Of a DNA stretch of 64,000 bases, positions 52,448 through 64,000 are shown piece after piece. The notes below the pieces were generated by a model. The model had not been told where the DNA came from. It worked only from the letters and a program-made list of their open reading frames with translations, and ran no database searches. The DNA is taken from assembly GCA_964016885.1 (NCBI GenBank), contig OZ024740.1, positions 249,240,001-249,304,000 on the forward strand, in the 5' to 3' direction. The position numbers and the translations under genes were made by a program. The number at the start of each line of letters is the position of its first letter. The first letter of the stretch is position 1. Origin of the DNA: Eledone cirrhosa (lineage: Eukaryota).

Positions 52448-53741
52448 TAAAGTTGGTGTTCATCAGGGATCTGTTCTTAGCCCCCTACTATTTATTATTG
52501 CCCTTCAGGCTATAACAGTGGAGTTCAAGACCGGCTGCCCATGGGAACTCCTATACGCAGACGATCTAACGCTCATGGCTGAATCAATGGCCGAGCTAGA
52601 GGAGAAATTCCAAACATGGAAGCACGGCCTAGAATCAAAAGGCCTTAAAATTAACCTGGCTAAGACTAAAGTTCTAGTTTGTAGGAAAGAAAATAAGGCG
52701 CCGGTCCCTTCCAGGAAATGGCCATGCTCAGTGTGTAGGAAAGGCGTAGGTAGAAACTCCATTTTATGTCCCAAATGCAAAGTATGGGTGCATAAAAGAT
52801 GTAGTGGGATCACAGGTAAGCTAACTAAGAACATAGATTTTACATGTGGCCGGTGCTCTGGTGCAATAAGTAGCAGCAAGTGCCCACAAAATACTAGCTC
52901 TTTCAATTGCGCAGAGGGTTCTATAGAAATAGTGGACAGCTTCCGTTACCTGGGTGACAAAATCAGCAGTGGGGGAGGGTGCTCTGAAAGTACAGTAGCT
53001 AGAGTCAGAACTGGATGGAAAAAGTTCAGAGAGCTTATACCACTATTAGCCACTAAAGGGTTCTCCCTAAAAATGAAAAGCAGGTTGTATGATGCCTGCA
53101 TACGAACAGCAATGTTGCATGGCAGTGAGACCTGGGCATTGTGTGCAGAGGATATACGCAGACTAGAGAGGAACGAAGCATGCATGCTCCGCTGGATGTG
53201 TAATAGTAATATACGTGAACGGCAAAACATAAACGAACTAAGGGAAAAATTAGAAATAAGAGGGATCAGATGTTGTTTACTCGAGAGAAGGCTACGTTGG
53301 TATGGTCACGTGATGCGCATGAAAGACGACAGCTGTATAAAAAAGTGCAGGGCAATAAAGATAGACGGTAGCCACGGAGTAGGCAGACCCAGAAAAACCT
53401 GGGACGACCTGATAAATTCCGACCTCACACACTTACACCTCTCCAAGACAATGTCACTGGACCGAGATCTTTGGCGGTACTCAGTAATAGAGAAGACCCG
53501 CCTTACAAAGTAAAACCTACTACAGTCAGTAGGCATCTCTAACAAAATACACCCCCGTCCCAGCACCCCCACCCCCACCCCATCCACGCCGCCCCTTTCA
53601 ATGTAAAGTTATGTTGGTGCCACAACATCCAGGCCAAAACAAATGAGATCGTGTAGGTGTCACGACAAAAAACACACAGTCCACGCTGTAATGTGGGCGT
53701 GTAGGCAACACGGTAAAAACCTCCCAGCCCCACACTGTAAA
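52448..53741 (+). mobile_element. RTE LINE family B, 5'-truncated, open frame
   Basis: ORF 52518-53513 has YADD, PHD-like finger, YLG and C-terminus; partial 3' UTR. Confidence 0.93.
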
Positions 53742-54274
53742 AGTGACTGGGGATTCTTTTTTTTGTTTTTGTGCCTCTCCTTTGTTCTGTCGTACGCCAT
53801 TTTGTTTCTGTGTGTGTGTTGTGTGCTCAGTCTGCGCATGCGCCACATCCGGGTGTCTGTGTGTGTTTATATTTGTTTATTCATTTGTTTATTTACATGT
53901 TACCGGTTGGTTGTTTGTTCTATGTGTGTGTGTTTTCATTTTGTCCTTAATTGTAAGTTGTGATGTTGCTGTTCCACTCATATTTTCTATTTAATTTTGG
54001 TTGTAATTCTTTTATGTTTATTGCCTCTGCGATTTGTCTAAACATTGCGTCTTTTCTGTGTGTAGATTCTATTTTTATTTCTATGTTCTCTAATTTACCC
54101 TTATGTTCTATTTTAGCATGTTGGTAGAGTACAGATGATTCTTTACTATCTTGAAGGTCTCGCCAGTGTTCATTTATCCGTTCCCCTTATTGGCAACATG
54201 ACCCTCTCAAAGTATAACAGTTTCAAGACACGATTTCAGATAAAGAATCTTGCTAAACAAATTCAGAAACGAAA

Positions 54275-54275
<1 letters not shown>
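53742..54275 (-). mobile_element. Penelope-like 3' fragment with short inverted pseudo-LTR end
   Basis: Minus strand [30 protein letters not shown]...RQIAEAINIK...EW. 54187-54275 is the pseudo-LTR end in the opposite orientation; same family as 10070-10706. Confidence 0.82.
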
Positions 54276-54862
<587 letters not shown>

Positions 54863-57800
54863 TAATCGGGGCTGCCAGACGAACTTAAGGATAGGTTTTA
54901 CGAGTCCCTAATACACACTACTGCTCTAACAGACGACAAGGACTTCCTAATCATTGCAGGAGATTTTAACGGACACGTAGGTAAACACTGCGACGGCTTC
55001 AATAGAGTACATGGAGGCCATGGAGTTGGCACAAGGAATGAGGAAGGATTCAGACTTCTAGAATTCTGCGACACCAATGACATGTCGATATGTAACACAA
55101 ACTTTAAAAAACCCGACAACCACCTGATCACCTATAGATCAGGGGAGCACTCTAGTCAGTTAGATTTTATCCTCATCAGAGGACGTGACAGATGGACGGT
55201 CGTAAACACAAAAGCCTTCCCTAGTGAGGAATGTACATCCCAACATAGCTTAGTTGTCAGCGACCTCACGGTCAGAACTAGACGAGCCCTGAAACAGAGG
55301 CCAACCTGGAGAAGAAAGATCTGGAAGCTGAAAGTCCCCTCAACCAGTAACAGATTTAAAGATATTTTACTCAACGCCTACGACAGTAAAGAAGAACAGA
55401 TAGAGACATTTAACGTAGAAGAGAACTGGGAGTTCCTAAAAAATAACTTACTAGAGGCGACGGATGAGGTTTGTGGCTGGAGTAAGACCTCAAGCAGGAG
55501 GAGAGTGACTTGGTGGTGGAACAATAAGGTAGATGAAGCAGTCAAGGCCAAGAGACAGGCATGGAAAGAATGGAAGAACGGGGGGAGCAGGGTACATTAC
55601 ATAGAGACCAAGAGGGAAGCTAGGCGACAAGTATACTTAGCTAGGAGGGAAGCAGAGGATAGGAAATTCAAGCATGTTTTACAACGTGAGGACCAGAAAC
55701 AGGAGGTATTCAAGATTGCGAGGCAGTGTGTCAGAGATAGTTGTGATGTCATTGGAGAGAAGTGTATCCGGAATGATAAAGGTGAGCTTGCCCTCACAAG
55801 TGCTGAGAAGAAAGATGCATGGAAGAGTCATTATGATAGATTACTAAATGAGGAGAATGCATGGGAAGAAGAGACCCTACCCCACGTAGACCCTATAGAG
55901 GGACCAGCAGTACAAGTCAGCGGCAGCGTAGTAAGTAAGGCAATCAGAGATATGAAGATAGGGAAGGCAACCGGTCCATCGGGTATAGCTGCCGAGATGC
56001 TGAAGGCATCTGGGTCTGTAGGTCACACTATAACCACACGTATTGTTAACCAGGTAATACTAGAGGGGGCCATACCAAAAGATTGGTGCAGTAGCATCAT
56101 TGTCAACTGCTACAAAGGTAAAGGCGATGCACTAGATAGAGGAAACTATAGAGGTATAAAGTTGATGGACCAGGTCATGAAAGTAACAGAAAGAGTTATA
56201 GCACAGCTGATTAGGGACCGGGTGAATATAGACGAGATGCAATTTGGGTTTGTTCCAGGGAAAGGCACCACTGATGCGCTCTTCCTTGTGAGGCAATTAC
56301 AGGAAAAGTACCTAGCTAAAAGTAAGCCACTCTACTTGGCATTTGTCGACCTTGAGAAAGCCTTTGACAGAGTTCCACGTGCAGTAATCTGGTGGGCTCT
56401 TAGAAAACTAGGAGTAGATGAATGGCTTGTGAAAGCGGTACAAGCCATGTATAGGGGAGCAGTCAGCAAAGTTAGGATTGGCAATGAGTATAGCGAGGAA
56501 TTTAGCGTACAGGTTGGGGTCCACCAGGGCTCTGTTCTTAGCCCTCTCCTGTTCATCATAGTCCTGCAGGCAATAACGGAGGAGTTTAAGACCGGATGCC
56601 CATGGGAACTCCTGTATGCTGATGACCTCGCACTCATAGCTGAATCTATGGTAGAACTAGAGAATAAATTCCAAACCTGGAAGCAGGGACTAGAGAGAAA
56701 GGGCCTCAAAGTCAACATTACAAAGACTAAGGTCCTTATAAGTAGACGAGAAAACAGTACCCAGATCCCCTCAGGGAAATGGCCTTGCTCAGTATGTAGG
56801 AAAGGTGTAGGTAGGAACTCCATTCTTTGCCCCAAATGCAAACAATGGGTACACAAGAGATGTAGCGGGATCTCAGGAAGCTTAATTAAGAATGTAGGAT
56901 TCACATGCAGCAGCTGTGCTGAAACAGCAAGCAAACAGCCACAGGAAACAAGTACCACCAATCTCTGGGAGGGCCCTGTAGAAACAGTAGACAGCTTCTG
57001 CTACCTAGGTGACCGAATTAGCAACGGAGGTGGGTGCTCAGAAAGTACAATAACTAGGGTAAGAACGGGATGGAAGAAGTTTAGGGAACTACTACCACTG
57101 CTAGCTGCAAAAGGCTTCTCCCTCAGAATGAAAGGCAGACTGTATGATGCGTGTATCCGAACAGCGATGTTGCATGGTAGTGAGACCTGGGCGCTGAAGG
57201 TGGAAGACTTACGTAGATTAGAGAGAAACGAAGCCTGCATGCTCCGATGGATGTGTAACAGTAATATACGTGAACGACAAAGCATAAATGAATTGAGAGA
57301 GAGACTGAGCATAAGAGGAATCAAATGCTGCGTGCAGGAGAGGCGGTTACGCTGGTATGGACATGTGATGCGTATGAAGGATGACAGCTGCATAAAAAGG
57401 TGCAGAGCACTAGAAGTTGATGGAAACCGCGGAGTGGGGAGACCCAAGATGACTTGGGATGAGGTGATAAAAGCCGACCTTACCCAACTACACCTCTCAA
57501 AGTCAATGACACACGACCGTGACTTCTGGCGTCACGCAGTAATACAGGGTACCCGACCTCCCATGGGTACATGCTGAAGCATATAAACAATATGCCCCCC
57601 CCCCCCACCGCAAGGTGGTCGTGGAGGTGCCACGGCAAAAAAGCACCCAGCCCACACTGTAAAGTGGACGTGTAGGCGCCACGAAAAAGCACCCAGCACT
57701 CACTGTAAATGAGGTTGGTGTTAGGAAGGGCATCCAGCTGTAGAAATCAAGCCAGATCAGTTCCTGTATGAGCAAGGCATGGTCAGCCGACCAGACACTG

Positions 57801-57879
57801 CCCACAACAGGACAACCCGTCTAACCCATGCTAGCGTGGAAGAACGGACGTAAAACGGTGATGATGATGATGATGATGA

Positions 57880-57880
<1 letters not shown>
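54863..57880 (+). mobile_element. RTE LINE family A, young, truncated within the APE domain
   Basis: Frame is open from about 54866 ([12 protein letters not shown]) to 57577; 3' UTR and (TGA)n tail. Confidence 0.95.
55082..57577 (+). CDS. LINE APE-RT polyprotein (partial) with C4HC3 finger inside the RT
   Basis: SQLDF, NYRGIKL, QFGF, FVDLEKAFD, GVHQGSVLSP, YADD, CSVC-x10-CPKC-x4-H-x2-C-x14-CSSC, YLG and RLRWYGHV. Confidence 0.93.
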   Translation: MSICNTNFKKPDNHLITYRSGEHSSQLDFILIRGRDRWTVVNTKAFPSEECTSQHSLVVSDLTVRTRRALKQRPTWRRKIWKLKVPSTSNRFKDILLNAYDSKEEQIETFNVEENWEFLKNNLLEATDEVCGWSKTSSRRRVTWWWNNKVDEAVKAKRQAWKEWKNGGSRVHYIETKREARRQVYLARREAEDRKFKHVLQREDQKQEVFKIARQCVRDSCDVIGEKCIRNDKGELALTSAEKKDAWKSHYDRLLNEENAWEEETLPHVDPIEGPAVQVSGSVVSKAIRDMKIGKATGPSGIAAEMLKASGSVGHTITTRIVNQVILEGAIPKDWCSSIIVNCYKGKGDALDRGNYRGIKLMDQVMKVTERVIAQLIRDRVNIDEMQFGFVPGKGTTDALFLVRQLQEKYLAKSKPLYLAFVDLEKAFDRVPRAVIWWALRKLGVDEWLVKAVQAMYRGAVSKVRIGNEYSEEFSVQVGVHQGSVLSPLLFIIVLQAITEEFKTGCPWELLYADDLALIAESMVELENKFQTWKQGLERKGLKVNITKTKVLISRRENSTQIPSGKWPCSVCRKGVGRNSILCPKCKQWVHKRCSGISGSLIKNVGFTCSSCAETASKQPQETSTTNLWEGPVETVDSFCYLGDRISNGGGCSESTITRVRTGWKKFRELLPLLAAKGFSLRMKGRLYDACIRTAMLHGSETWALKVEDLRRLERNEACMLRWMCNSNIRERQSINELRERLSIRGIKCCVQERRLRWYGHVMRMKDDSCIKRCRALEVDGNRGVGRPKMTWDEVIKADLTQLHLSKSMTHDRDFWRHAVIQGTRPPMGTC

Positions 57881-62222
<4,342 letters not shown>

Positions 62223-62223
62223 A

Positions 62224-63560
62224 ACTCCTATACGCAGATGATCTAACGCTCATAGCTGAATCAATGGCCGACCTAGAGAAGAAATTCCAAACATGGAAGC
62301 ATGGCCTAGAATCAAAAAGGCTTAAAATTAACCTGGCTAAGACTAAAGTTCTAATTTGTAGGAAAGAAAATAAGGCGACGGTCCCTTCCGGGAAATGGCC
62401 ATGCTCAGTGTGTAGGAAAGGAGTAGGTAGAAACTCCATTTTATGTCCCAAATGCAAAGTATGGGTGCATAAAAGATGTAGTGCGATCACAGGTAAGCTA
62501 ACTAAGAACATAAATTTTACATGTGGCCGGTGCTCTGGTGCAATAAGTAGCAGCAAGTGCCCACAAAATACTAGCTCTTTCAATTGCGCAGAGGGTTCTA
62601 TAGAAATAGTGGACAGCTTCCGCTACCTGGGTGACAAAATCAGCAGTGGGGGAGGGTGCTTTGAAAGTACAGTAGCTAGAGTCAGAACTGGATGGAAAAA
62701 GTTCAGAGAGCTTATACCACTATTAGTCGCTAAAGGGTTTTCCCTAAAAATGAAAGGCAGGTTCTATGATGCCTGCATACGAACAGCAATGTTGCATGGC
62801 AGTGAGACCTGGGCATTGTGTGCAGAGGATATACACAGACTAGAGAGGAACGAAGCTTGCATGCTCCGCTGGATGTGTAATAGTAACATACGTGAACGGC
62901 AAAGCATAAGCGAACTAAGGAAAAAATTAGAAATAAGAGGGATCAGATGTTGTTTACTCGAGAGAAGGCTACGTTGGTATGGTCACGTGATGCGCATGAA
63001 AGACGACAGCTGTATAACAAAGTGCAGGGCAATAAAGATAGACGGTAGCTACGGAGTAGGCAGACCCAGAAAAACCTGGGACGAGCTGATAAATTCCGAC
63101 CTCACACACTTACACCTCTCCAAGACAATGTCACTGGACCGAGACCTTTGGCAGTAATAGAGAAGACCCGCCTTACCTAAATACAAAGTAAAACCTACTA
63201 CAGTCAGTAGGCATCTCTAAAATACACCCCCGTACCACCACCCCCACCCCATCCACACCGCCCCTTTCAATGTAAAGTTTTGTTGGTGCCACAACATCCA
63301 GGCCAAAACAAATGAGATCGTGTAGGTGTCACGACAAAAAAACACACAGTCCACGCTGTAATGTGGCCGTGTAGGCAACACGGTAAAAACCTCCCAGCCC
63401 CACACTGTAAATGTGGTTGGTGTTAGGAAGGGCATCCAGCTGTAGAAAACACGCCAGACAGTCCTATGCGAGCAAGACAATCACCCTTGCCTCAAGTGGG
63501 AAAACCCCCGTCCAAACCCATGCAATAGTGGAACACGGACGTTAAACGTTGATGATGATA
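62224..63560 (+). mobile_element. RTE LINE family B, 5'-truncated
   Basis: Starts at LLYADD; ORF 62264-63157; full 3' UTR and tail. Confidence 0.93.
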
Positions 63561-63569
63561 CATATATAT

Positions 63570-63900
63570 AAGTATGTATACGTACATACATATATATATA
63601 CAGACGTACAGTAGTATGTATATATATATACATACATGCACACATATATATATGCACGTATGGATTCACCGAACATTTATTATAATGCTCGGTGTGTCTG
63701 TAAACAAACATCCCGTATTAAGCCGTAGTGTCTAGCAACCATCGTTGCTCGTTTGTTCAACACTGACAAAGGAACGCTGTACTAGTTTCAAGCTTATTAG
63801 CTATCGTCAGCAACGTATACCTTCCTGCCAGATGATTGAACGTCTGAAAGTATATACTTTCTTTATGCATATTAATGGCTGAGCAGCCTAATTTGCATAT
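63570..63900 (-). repeat. Diverged solo copy of the 466-bp array unit
   Basis: Shares cagacgtacagtag, tttgttcaacactgaca, tgtactagtttcaagctt, gaaagtatatactttc and gctgagcagcctaatttgcatat. Confidence 0.9.
63774..63816 (-). ncRNA. Type I hammerhead ribozyme, variant of the array motif
   Basis: acgttg CTGACGA t AGCT aata AGCT t GAAA ctag TA cagcgt. Confidence 0.85.
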
Positions 63901-64000
63901 ACATGGACATGTAGTCTATAAATTGCGTTTCCTGGATTGTGAGAGTGTACGAGGACAGTGGTGCTCTTTTGCTTCTCATTTGTAATATTTTTGATATTTT

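Noticed and set aside
56332-57447. Antisense ORFs over LINE coding regions
   Set aside because: Shadow frames of the RT ORF with no independent motifs.

Overview
AT-rich animal DNA made almost entirely of nested repeats; I found no host gene. The repeat types suggest an octopus-like cephalopod, which is inference only. Content: three related RTE-clade LINE families (here called A, B, C) with (TGA)n tails, other RTE/BovB-like and Tx1/L1-like remnants, Penelope-like elements (PLEs), Helitrons, Tigger, piggyBac and hAT relics, a tRNA-derived SINE and long (TA)n tracts. Main result: 40760-44024 is a divergent (fold-back) array of apparently identical 466-bp units. Each full unit encodes a type I hammerhead ribozyme with a palindromic stem III, and an octamer motif lies just upstream, so it looks like a retrozyme. 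A diverged solo copy at about 63570-63900 keeps the fold by compensatory changes. Several more hammerhead families sit in PLE termini, one with a ~115-nt stem II. LINE families A-C carry a C4HC3 PHD-type finger inserted inside the RT domain. All structures were folded by eye and element boundaries are approximate.
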